Assembly: GCA_031835245.2 (NCBI GenBank)
Contig: JAVKOQ020000091.1
Coordinates: forward strand, 1 to 64,000
Reading direction: 5' to 3'
From: Balamuthia mandrillaris
Taxonomy: Eukaryota
DNA length: 64,000 bases
Made by a program: the position numbers and the translations under genes. Under the pieces are notes generated by a model. It saw only the letters and a list, made by a program, of their open reading frames with translations. It made no database searches and was not told the DNA's origin. Shown here one piece after another: positions 23,867-35,122 of the stretch. Each line of letters begins with the position of its first letter. Position 1 is the first letter of the stretch.

Positions 23867-26255
23867 ATGATATCCTTTTTCTTTCTTTCTCCCGAAAAAA
23901 AAAAACAAAAATGATTTGATTTTGATTTTGGTTTGATCGAAGCAGTGCGATCCTTAACTCTCTCTCTTGTTTTTTTGCCCTCCTCTTTTCTTTTCTTTTT
24001 TTGTTTTCCCCTCCTTGTGGTTTTTTTTCGGCCCTCTCACTACGAAGAATACAACACAGAAGAGTATCCCTACGGATCTTCCTTCCCTTCTGACCTTGGG
24101 TAATCAATCAATCTCCACTTTTTTTTTCCCCTTGTTTGTTATGTTGTGTTGGAGCCAATGTTGTGGCATAACTAACCATCGGTTGACTACCGTTTTTTTT
24201 TTATTTTTTGCTCGCAACAACAACAACAAAAAAAAGATATGGCCCTGAAGTTTTGGAAGGCGCCATGCCGGCTCACAACGAGAACAAGCCCCGTATCTTG
24301 TTGATGGGTCTCCGAAGGTTTGTTTATTGTTTTTTTTTTTCGCTTCCAAAGATCTCTTTTCTCGTTCTCCCTCGCTCGCTCTTTCTCTTCCTCTCGTTCT
24401 TTCTTCCCTCTTCCCTCCCCTCTTTCTTTCTCTATGTGGCTCTCTCTGCTTCTCCTTTCTCGCGTGCTTCTGGCGGCTTGCCGTTTCTCTTTCTCTGTTT
24501 ATCTCTAACTTCTTTGCATTGAATGGCAACGTCTAGGAGCGGCAAGTCTAGCATCCAAAAAGTTGTCTTCCACAAAATGTCGCCCAACGAGACTCTCTTC
24601 CTGGAAACCACAAACAAGATCGTCAAGAATGGTTTGCTTTTTTTCTTTTTGTTCTTTGTTCTTTCCTTCCTTTGTCATACTGATGTTCTTTCTCTTCTTT
24701 TTACTTATTCTTTGTGACCACCAGATATCTCCAACAGCTCGTTTGTGCAGTTCCAGATATGGGACTTTCCTGGACAACTCGACTTCTTTGACCCTGCCTT
24801 TGACTCGGACGCCATTTTCGGTGGTTGTGGCGCTTTGATCTTCGTCATCGATGCTCAGGTTTGTTTTTTGCAATGAAAGAGAAAGAAAGGGTGAAAAAAA
24901 ATAATGAAGAGAAAAGAGCACAAAGATACGAGATAGAGATAGAGGGAGAGAAACGAACTCGTAACATTTGCATTAAACACAGGACGAATACGAAGAGGCT
25001 CTTAGGAAGCTGCACATTACTGTTACCAAAGCCTACAAAGTATCTGTCCTCTCTCGCTCTCTCTCTCTCATCTCTCTCATCTCTCTCATCTCTCTCTCTT
25101 GCCTCTCTCTTGCCTCTCTCTCCTTTACTGAACGCATTCCCTCTGTATCATACAGGTAAATCCTCGCATATGCTTCGAGGTCTTCATTCACAAGGTCGAC
25201 GGACTGTCTGACGATCACAAAATCGGTTCGTTGCTTCTTTCTCTTGTCTTTTCTCTGTTTTTTTTTCTTTTCTGCTTTTCTGCTTTTCTGCTTTTCTTAT
25301 CTTTGCTCTAATCTCATTTGTCCTTCTTACGAACTCTTTGCTTCTTTCTTTTCTTTCATTTACAGAGTCACAACGAGATATAGAGCAACAAGCAATGGAC
25401 GATCTGGCTGAGGCCGGACTGGACGATGTGCACCTCAGCTTCTACCTCACTAGCATCTACGACCACTCTATCTTTGAGGCCTTCAGCAAAGTGATCCAAA
25501 AACTCATCCCTCAGCTACCCACTCTCGAAAACCTTTTAGATATTCTCAACAACGTAACTCTCTTTTCTCTCTCTCTCTCTCTCTCTCTTTTGCTTTCATT
25601 TTCCTCTTTTCTATTTCTCTCTTCTCCCGTTGCTTTTCTCTTGTTCTCACCATTTCTGCAACCAAAGAATTGTCGATTGGAAAAGTCTTTCTTGATAGAT
25701 GTTGTGAGCAAGATCTACGTGGCCACAGACAGCGCCTCCGTTGACATGCAAACCTACGAGTTGTGCAGCGACATGATCGACGTGGTCATTGACGTCTCTT
25801 GCATCTATGGGTATCTCTTTCGCTGTCCTTCTTTCTTTGTTTTTTTCTCATCCATTTCTTTTGTTACTTCAAATAAATAGAATGAAAGATGAAACAGAAG
25901 GTTTGGCCTATGATGAAAAGTCACAGTCCATCATCAAACTCAACAACGGAATGGTCCTCTACCTTCGGGAAGTCAACAAGTACGATTTTCTTCTCGTCGT
26001 TCTTGCTTTCGTCTTTTCTCTATTCTTTCTTGCCGTGTCTTTCTTTCTTTCTTGTCGTTTCTTTCTCATTTTTCACTTCTTTTCTCTCTCTTTTCCTTTC
26101 TCACTTTTTGGATGATAAACAGATATCTGGCGTTGGTTTGTTTGCTCCGAAAGGAACACTTTGACAAGCATGGCCTTCTCAACTATAACTTCCAGTGCTT
26201 GAAGAACTCTTTGGCCGAAGTCTTTGCCAAAGGCAGCAACATTTCTCACTCTTAA
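23867..26255 (+). CDS. RRAGC: Rag GTPase C/D (Gtr2), multi-exon
   Basis: [83 protein letters not shown]. The start is placed at 23867 via a proposed AT-AC intron; the alternative start is 24266. Confidence 0.93.
23870..24040 (+). other. Candidate U12-type AT-AC intron directly after the start codon of RagC/D
   Basis: ATG|ATATCCTTTT 5' site; TCCTTAAC at 23951-23958; first downstream AC at 24039-40. Splicing gives the in-frame [23 protein letters not shown], resembling the RagC N-terminus. Confidence 0.7.
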
Positions 26256-26357
26256 AAAAAAACAAACTTTTTTTCGTGTGCGAAACGAACCTTCTTTCTT
26301 TTTGAACACTTCTTTTTTTTTTGCTTTCTTCTTTCCTTCTTCCTTCTTCCTTGTCGT

Positions 26358-26802
26358 TTATGAAACAAAGGAAAGATCTTGCTCGTCCAAGCGATGTCCC
26401 AGGAAGAGATACGCCGTCAAACAAGAGGACAGCATCAATCGGTCCAACGTCCAAAGCCCCCGCGACCAAAGGATCAAGAGGACAGCAGTGCAAAGCGGAT
26501 GCCGCATGTGCTGGAAGAGACGTTCCAACCCGCGTTCTTGTTGTTTGTCTTGTTGGAAGCCGATAAAGTTTAGCGGGTCGAGCAGAAAGAAGGTTTGAAG
26601 AGCTGCTAATATCCTGTTTTGTTTTTTTAAAATAGTTGAGGTAAGCAGAGGAGTAGAAGACTAGAGAGAAGCAGAGAGAGAATGAGAGAATGAGAGACCG
26701 AGAGGAAGGAAGACAGAAGAGAAGCAGAGAAAGAAAGAATGGGAGAATAAGAGGACGAGAGAACGAGGGAATGAGAGACCGAGAGGAGAGAAGACGAGAA
26801 AA

Positions 26803-26833
<31 letters not shown>

Positions 26834-27353
26834 AAGAAAGGAAGACAGAGCGGAGGTGGCATAGATGAGAGATGTGAGGACAGAAGAGAAGCAAGCTAGC
26901 AGTCAAGACTCGAGAGAACAGAAGCAGAATAACAAACCAGCCAGCATAATAGAGGGTGCTCCAAAGGTAAGCCTCATGCCACCACCACCCGTTCTGCTGC
27001 AAGCTCGGCAGCACCCGCCAAAACGCGATCATCAACTACCGAACGGAAACAAAAAATAAGTTCTTAGAGGAACGAAAAACTTTTTTAAAAGAGCCAAAGG
27101 AGCTAATACCTCGAAGCAACAGCAAGTGGCCAACACGTAGAGACTACGGGCAAGGTTGGGGTGAAGGCCGTGCTTCTGCCACCGCTTGTGCACCGCCGTC
27201 AAAAAGCGGTGCTGCAGCACGAACAAGCCGATCAGCGCTGCGTCCGTCAAGAGGTCCAGGAGAACATCCACTTTGTTGGACCACGGCGCCTCACGAAAGT
27301 CCCTTAAGCTCTATCGCACAAAAGCAAGAAAGAAAGCAAGAAAGAAAGAAGAA

Positions 27354-27395
<42 letters not shown>

Positions 27396-27597
27396 GAAAT
27401 CGTCAAAATCGAGTAGCAGGGAGCACCTTTACAAAAAAAAAAAAACGGATAGTTACCTGCGTGGAACGGATGGAAGAAGATTCAGCTGGCTGGAAAAACA
27501 CGACCAGATGCCCGAGTGTAGCCGCGAACGCAACGGCGCCCACCACGGCAGCGTACAAGAACATCCACGACGACGAGCGTAATCCCTTTCCTTCCAT
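26358..27597 (-). CDS. NRM: Nurim (nuclear rim protein, ICMT-like family), 4 exons
   Basis: LIGLFVLQHR; LARSLYVLATCC..|LMIAFW. The last exon, in a frame missing from the ORF track, reads RLFQHMRHPLCTAVLLILWSRGLWTLDRLMLSSCLTAYLFLGHRLDEQDL, matching the nurim C-terminus. Confidence 0.85.
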
Positions 27598-28649
27598 CTT
27601 GTTATTTTTTTTTGTTCGTTGTTGCAAATTCCCTGAATTCCAGCCATTCTTGACATTTCTATCAATGACATCACCCCTGTCCGCATTTAATAACCGCTGT
27701 GATCGGTAGTCTGGATCTTAATTGCGTTTCAAATGTATGAATCAAACGACCAATCCCGAACGCCGAGAAATCAGGTCGGTCGACAAAAATGCGGAGTTTG
27801 ATTTTTTCTTTGTTTGGCGGTCTCTGACGAAAAAGAAAAGGGAAAAGAAAAAAAACAGTAGAGAGAGAGAGAGAGAGAAGCGCTATCTTCCTCGGCTCCA
27901 GCCGCGCTTTGCCCCGTTGCAAGACCACCACCACCTTCGTCCGTCACGACTTCCCGGTTCGGTTGGGATTGATTTTCTGTTGAAAGGTACTACACTTTCT
28001 TTTTTCGCCGCTACTCAAAAAAAAACAAAAATTCTACGTTTTTCTTTTTTTTTCGCTGCTACTCAAGGGGGTCGCTTCATCCTCCTCCTCATTCATTCTG
28101 TTATTTATTATTATTATTATTTTTTTTTTTTGGGGGGGGGTTGAAGTAGTTGTTCTCATTGCTTCATTTCTTTCTCTTGGTTTTTGTTTTTTGTTGGTTG
28201 GTTGGGACACCCTTTTCTTTTCTTTTCTTTTCTTTTCTTTTCTTTTCTTTTCTTTTTTTTGAAAAAAACAAACATACACGAAACCATCTTTTCTCTCCCT
28301 TGAATCTCTGCCTCTTTTCTTCGGGGACCACCTCCACCTTCACACCCAACCAAAAAACCAACAATAACACAAAGTTTCCACTTCTACGAATCGTTTGTTC
28401 TTTTTTTCTTTTTCTTCTGATTTCCTTTTTTTTTTGTTGAATCAAAACAAAAAGGCAAGCAGCTCTTTTTGTTTGTGTTAACTTACGTCTGGTTTGATGA
28501 AACCCATCTCTCTCTCTCCCTCTCTCTGCTCTCTCTGCTCTCTCTGCTCTCCGCTGCACTCTGCTTTTCTCTTTCTGATCTGCATCCTCTCATCAAACAG
28601 GAAGAAAGAGCTTTTTACCCTAAACCCAAAAACTTGCTGATCAAATCGA

Positions 28650-30848
28650 ATGGCTTCCACCACCAAACGACCTGGGCTGGCCAAGGCAGCGGCCAAGGCA
28701 GCGCTGGGCAGCCAATGCCCCTTTCTCAAGATGAACACCAAGCAACACTCTGCCGCCTACATGGCCAACTTTGCGGGCCAGTGCCCCTTCCTCGGCATGG
28801 TGCAACTGAACAACCACCACGAAAGCCCGGTGAGCCACGTCGGCTCCAAGGCGCACTTCCCCTCCCCCATGTCCTTGCCTCCCACTCCCACTTCCTTGGA
28901 GGAGCTGGCCCTGCCCTATCTCGGCGGAGAGCCCATGGACGAGCGCCGAGACGAGTTCCTGGACGAGGAGGAGGAACAACAGCTAAAACAAGACGGGGAG
29001 TCCATGCTCGGTTTGGATGCTGCTTCCCTGAGAAAGGCACTTACCAACGGTCCAACGACTTCCTCGGCCCCGGTTTCAGTGGAGAATGAGGTCCTGTCCG
29101 AGTTGAAAGCCGCCAAGAGGGCTTCTGGTCGGACTTCCGTAGGTCTCTCCAAACTTTCTGTTGGTTCGTTTTCTTTTTTTCTTTGTTACCTCCTCTCTTT
29201 TCTTTAGATTCTCGTTCTAAACGTGAAACAACGTACACGGATAGAAGACAAGCAAAGAAAGACTGCGGAAGCAGTACACAACACCTACGACGCCGCGTTT
29301 GACAAACATCTGGAAGGCATCAAGCAGGAAGGTCGCTACAGGGTGTTTGCTCACTTGGAAAGGAGGGCCGGACACTTTCCGGAAGCGCTCCTTCATGACC
29401 CCGCCCAACCAGGAGTCACCAAACCCGTCACTGTATGGTGTTCAAACGATTACCTCGGCCAGGGCCAAAACCCTGTTGTGACTTCCGCTTTCATTGAAGC
29501 CGTCACCAAAGTACGATTTTTTGTTGCTCAGTTCTCTCTCTCTCCTCTATTCCTCTGTCATTGTTCTGTTCTGTTTTGTTTTTGGGTTTCTTTGCTTACC
29601 GTTCACCAAAAAATAAAGTGTGGAGCAGGAGCAGGAGGAACAAGAAACATTTCCGGCACAAGCCACCACCACGTCGCCTTGGAGCGCGAGCTAGCCGACC
29701 TTCACCAAAAGGACGCTGCGCTGCTCTTCTCCTCTGGCTACGTGGCCAACGAGGCCACCATCACCACCCTTGCCAAAATCTTCCCCGACATGGTGCTCTT
29801 CTCCGACCAGCTCAACCACGCCTCCTTGATCCAAGGCATCCGCCACTCAGGCCTCGAGAAGCGCGTCTTCCGCAACAACGATGCCGATCACTTGCACTCC
29901 CTCATGCAGGAGTACCCCAAAGACCGTCCCAAGATGGTCATCTTCGAGTCAGTCTACAGCATGGAGGGCAGCATAGCCCCGTTGAAACAGATCTGCGACG
30001 TGGCGGAGGAGCACAACGCCCTCACTTTTTGCGATGAGGTGCACGCCGTGGGCCTCTATGGCCCTCGTGGCGGCGGCATTGCCGAGCAGGAAGGCCTGGC
30101 CGATCGCATAAGCATCATCTCCGGCACCCTGGCCAAGGCCTTTGGCGTTGGCGGCGGCTACATCGCCGCTGGCTCCTCCCTGGTGGATGCCGTCCGCAGC
30201 TTCGCCCCCGGCTTCATTTTCACCACCTCGTTGAACCCTCCCATGTCCGCTGCCGCTCGCGCCAGCGTCGCCTTTCTCAAAACCAACCCCCAGCTGAGGG
30301 AGAAGCACCAGGAGCGCGCCCGCAGGCTCAAGACCCTGGTCAGACAGGCCGAGTTGCCGTTGATGCCCTCCGCGAGTCACATCGTCCCGGTGTGGGTGGG
30401 CGAGGCCACGCGCTGCAAGCGCATCACGGACAGGCTGTTGCACGCCCACGGTATCTACGTGCAGCCCATCAACTACCCCACGGTGCCCAAAGGGCAGGAG
30501 CGCCTGAGGCTGACGCCCAGCCCCTTCCACACAGATGCCATGATGGGCAGGTTGGTGGCAGCGCTGGAGAAGACCATGAAGGAGGACTTCCCGGAGGATG
30601 CCGCCATGAGGGAGCGCTACCACGCCTATCTGGCCCACCATCAGCAACAGCAGGAGCAGCAGCAACGAAGGGAGTTGCAGCAGGCGGCCGCGATGATGAC
30701 GATGCTGATGGCCGCTGAGGAGAAGGAGAGGAACGATGTGAGCATGGTGGGAGCGTCGCAAAAGCTCTCCACACAGCCACAGGTGGAGGGGCTCGCTAGT
30801 ACCGTGTCAGCAGCAGCAGCGGCGGCGGCGGCGGCGGCTTCTTCATGA
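28650..30848 (+). CDS. ALAS: 5-aminolevulinate synthase, mitochondrial, 3 exons
   Basis: [61 protein letters not shown] (PLP Lys)..[17 protein letters not shown]. Confidence 0.97.
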
Positions 30849-30944
30849 AGACTGATCAACCTGAACGACGATGGAACCAATGGTTGTTCCCAATTTGTTT
30901 TGTGAGAAGAAGACTTACTTTGTGACTTGATCTTCCTCTTCTGT

Positions 30945-30992
<48 letters not shown>

Positions 30993-31402
30993 CTCCCTCT
31001 CTCGTTCTCTCTTTCCCTCCCTCTCTCGTTCTCTCTTTCCCTCCCTCTCTCGCTCTCCCTCTCTCGTTCTCTCTTTCCCTCCCTCTCTCGTTCTCCGCGT
31101 AAACACCACTGACGTCAGTTTAATATATGGGAGCCAATAAAAAATCGAAAAATCATAAGATCTTTCAAAAAATGATCAAATATTACCATATAAAGACCAA
31201 GACACGTCACCTTCAAATAATGGAGGTAAATGAATTACCAAACTCATTACCGCGTTACATTGGGCGTGCAAAGAAAATAATAAAACCAGAAGAAGCGACA
31301 AGAGAGAGAGAAGACGAAGAAAGCCTTTTTTTTTCTCTCTCCATGTGATCAACCCTTTCGCTCTCTTCTTGGACCAACAAACAAACAAACAAACAAAAAA
31401 CA

Positions 31403-34355
31403 ATGGATAAAAGCGGCGCAAACGCGACACAACAGAAGAAACGCGAAGAAATAATCCGACGGATCTGCAAGGTGCAAGCTCATGTTCGCGGGCAGCTCCT
31501 CCGCAAACACTACCAAGCATGGGGTTTTTGTTTTCTCTCTTTCTTCTTTCTTCTTCTCTCTTCGCTCCTCACTTTTATTTTATTTTTTAAAAATATAAAA
31601 AATAGATAGAGACTTTAAACAAAAAATGATCAAACGAAACGAAGCCATTCGCAAGCTGATCCAGAAGGAGGCCCAGTGTGTAGACAGGATCTCTCCCATG
31701 CTGGACGCTCTCATCATCCCCATGAAGACGGGGGGCAACCTCCTGAGGGACGCCTCCCTCTTTGAGGACTACCTGGACGTCATCGAGGAGCTGCACAAGC
31801 GGCACAGCCGGACGGTGCTCAAGCTTTGCGAGCGCTACGAGAGCCTGTTTCCCAATGTGGAGGGCCTGGGCCGCGTGCTTGAGAAGTTGGTATGTTGTCG
31901 TCTGTTTCTCTTCTCTAGTCCCCTTCTCTTGCCTCTTGTTCGCTCTTCTCGCTTTGCTTCTCTCTTTGCTTCTCTCTTCGCTCTTCTCGTCTCTGGTTCT
32001 CACCTTCTCTGCTTCTCTGCTTCTCTGCTTCTCTGCTTCTCTCCTCTCTGCTTCTCTCTTCTCCGGTTCTCTGCTCCTCACCTTCTCTGCTTCTCTTCTC
32101 TTCTCTCTTCTCTGCTTCTCTGCTTCTCTCGTTCCTCTCGTACCGTGTCTTGTTCTTTCTCTGTCGCTCGTTCTCACGCCTCTCTGCTCTTTTTCTCTTC
32201 TCTGCTCGTGCTCGCTCCTCTTTTTTTTTTGTTGCGGTGCTATAGGTGGCTGGAGCCAAAAGTTATGTAACGATAGCAGGACACTCGCATTACGCTTACG
32301 CGGCTCTCTCTTTCTATTGTCGGCTCAACCCCATGTTAAACCGATTCGTGGAAGAAGTAAGTCGTTTAGTTTTTGTTTTGGTTTCCATCTCACATTATAA
32401 ACTCACTTTTTTTTTGGCTATAGCAAGAAGGAATACTTGGCTGTACTCTTCAGCATTACTTTACTCGTGCATTGAATGATATTGACGATCTTGTTCCTAT
32501 TATTGAAGTATTTCTCTCTCTTTCGTCGTTTCTCTTTCTCTTTCTCTTTCTGGTTAACCTATTTTTTCTCCTTGATATAAAAGGAACTTGCTCAAAACAC
32601 TCCAGTAAATCACTGCGACCAAAGCGCGATAAAAAACTCGCTTGCAAACCTGAAAAGAATACAGGAACAGGTCCCTGTTGCCTTGGAAGAAGCTCCGCAT
32701 AAAGCTTTGTTGTTGGCACTCGCTCCGCGCATTCATGGCTATGATCTTCTCGCCTCTCAAGACCATCGTACCTTTCCTCTTCCTTTCTTTCCTCTTGTTC
32801 ATTGATCGTTTCGTGCTTCTTCGTTTTCATTTCACCTATCTCTTTTCTCTTCTCGCTTTTCTTCCCTCTGTTCTTTCGCTTCTCGTTTCTCTTCTATTTC
32901 TCTCTCTCTCTCTCTCTCTCTCTGTCTTTTAGCTTCTCTTAGTTATTCCTTATTCATTCTTCTTCATTATTTCTTCAACACAAAAAAAGTTGGAAAGCCG
33001 ATACGTCGTCGGTACAAACGAGAGGGCAAGGTGGTGGTCAACGGACACAAGCGCTATGTCTTTGTATTTGACGACGTTTTGTTGGTCTGCAATGCTGTCG
33101 CCTCCAAGCGTCAGCTGGCCCAACGCCAAAGTCGCGAAAGTCTAGCAGTGGAAAAGAAGAAAGCCATCGTGAACGAATTCATTCTCACCAAGTTGATGCC
33201 GTTCTACGAGGAACAACAGCAGCAGCAGCAACAGCAGCAGCAACAACTGCTGCAACAACAACAACAGCAGCAACAACAAATACAAAACTCCATTGGAGGT
33301 GGAAGTGGCAAGTGGAAAAGGTTAACGAGAGCATCAATGTCGGTGGACGGTGACGGCAAAGGGCTCGTTCGTAGGAAAGAGTACAACGTGAAGATGGCCA
33401 TCTCCTTGAAAGAAACGGATTTGGAGAATAACAACAACAGCAATGTGACTTCCTCTGCAAAGAAATCTTCGGAGGTAGAGAAGAAAGCAAAGAAGAAGGA
33501 AAAGAAAGAATCCACAACAGGTAAATAGAGAGGAGAGAGAAGAACACGCAGAAGAGCAGAGGATGGAGAGAAGAGAGCGGGAACAGATGAATGAATGAAG
33601 AACGATAAGCGACAAAAGAAGAAGAAAGCCTGATATCTTCGTTTTAACTATGTTTCCAATCAAAAAACAAACATACAGAACGCAAACGAAAAAGCTCGGC
33701 AATAAGGCAACTTGTAAGCCCAAGGGCTTCATCCTTTATTACTACAACGAAGCCACATGGTGGACACTCTTTTGACTTGAAGACGCCTTCTCTTAGAGCC
33801 ACTTTTCAGTTTGCCACTTTGGACACGAAACAAGTTTGGATGAAGGACATCAAAAACGCAATCCAGCGCTTGAAGCCCAAAGGAGGTATTTATTCCTCCC
33901 AACAACTTTGCGTTCTCCGTTCTTCATTGTGTGAACATTAACATGCCTTTCTTCAAAGTGTTCGGAAGTACTCTCGTTGAAGTATTGTTGAATGAAAAGC
34001 AACACCGACTAGGTATTCCTTACGTCGTCTACTCCTGTGTAAACTATCTCTCTCGAAATGGTAACAACACTCCCTTCCAATAAGCAATACATTCTCCATA
34101 GTTGTTTCATTTCTTAAGTCAACTTTGGCGTCTTTTACAGCAATCACGAAAGAAGATTTGTTCACTCAATCGGGAAGTTCAGTTGTGGTGGAACAGTTAC
34201 AAACTGCTTTTGATCTGTTCTTCAAGGAGGGAGGTCGTCCACCCTCTCTCGAAGGTCAAGACCCATTTAACGTCGCTGATTTAATCAAACTGTACCTCTT
34301 CTCTTCTCTCTTTTCCTGCATGTTTTCTCTCATCTCTAGTGCTCTCATCCCCATC

Positions 34356-34394
<39 letters not shown>

Positions 34395-35006
34395 CTAACC
34401 CTCTTTTTAAAAAGTTATTTTCGAGAGCTGCCAGAGCCATTAATGACCTACAATCTCTACGACTCTCTCACAGCACTCGAAGACGTCAAAGACCCCAACG
34501 GCTTCCTCCAACAACTACAAACGATCATCTTCGAGCGGCTCCCCTCACCCAACCGCGCTCTCCTCCAATATCTCCTCAACTTCCTCAAGAACTTGAGCTT
34601 CTGCGCCGACATCAACGGTATGAAAGCCTCCACCCTCGCATTGATCTTTGGGCCTGCTCTTATAGGGCCACGAGAGGTAACGCTCGAATCGCACCTTCTC
34701 TTTGGAAAGATACAGCGACTCGTTCAGACAATGATCGAACGTTACGATGATGTCTTCTTTCCTGCTCTCTTTCAAGCGAAACTTTTGCTCAAAACGAGCG
34801 ACAGTAACAACTGCAAGAAAAGCTCGATGCTGGAACTCATGAAGAAAGAAAGTTGGGAAAAGGAGAAAGAAGAAGAGGACGAGGAGGAGGAAGAGGAAGA
34901 AGAGTATAGCCCACGCTACCGACCTGTCTCCTTTATCGATGAGTTTCGGTTTGTGGAAGACGAGCTAGGGGCGATGCATAGAGAAGAACAAACGGTTAGA
35001 CAGTAA
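31403..35006 (+). CDS. IQ-RhoGEF(DH)-PH-RhoGAP multidomain protein
   Basis: IQ motif ICKVQAHVRGQLLRK; DH start RNEAIRKLIQKEAQCV; PH elements KRYVFVFDDVLLVC and KQVWMKDI; RhoGAP VFGSTL..GIPYVV..YFRELPEPL..NGMKASTLALIFGPAL. Confidence 0.8.
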
Positions 35007-35122
35007 ACTTTTAACCGAGTGGGGGAAAAGAGTTATGTTTTTTTTTACAGCACCAAAAATATAAGAAAGATAAACAAACACATGTTAACAACAGTTCCTG
35101 TTCTCCTTTTTCTTCAGTGCAT

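Noticed and set aside
29949..30761. Long antisense ORFs over ALAS (and similar ones over other GC-rich exons)
   Set aside because: Expected shadow of GC3-rich codon usage; no domain signal.
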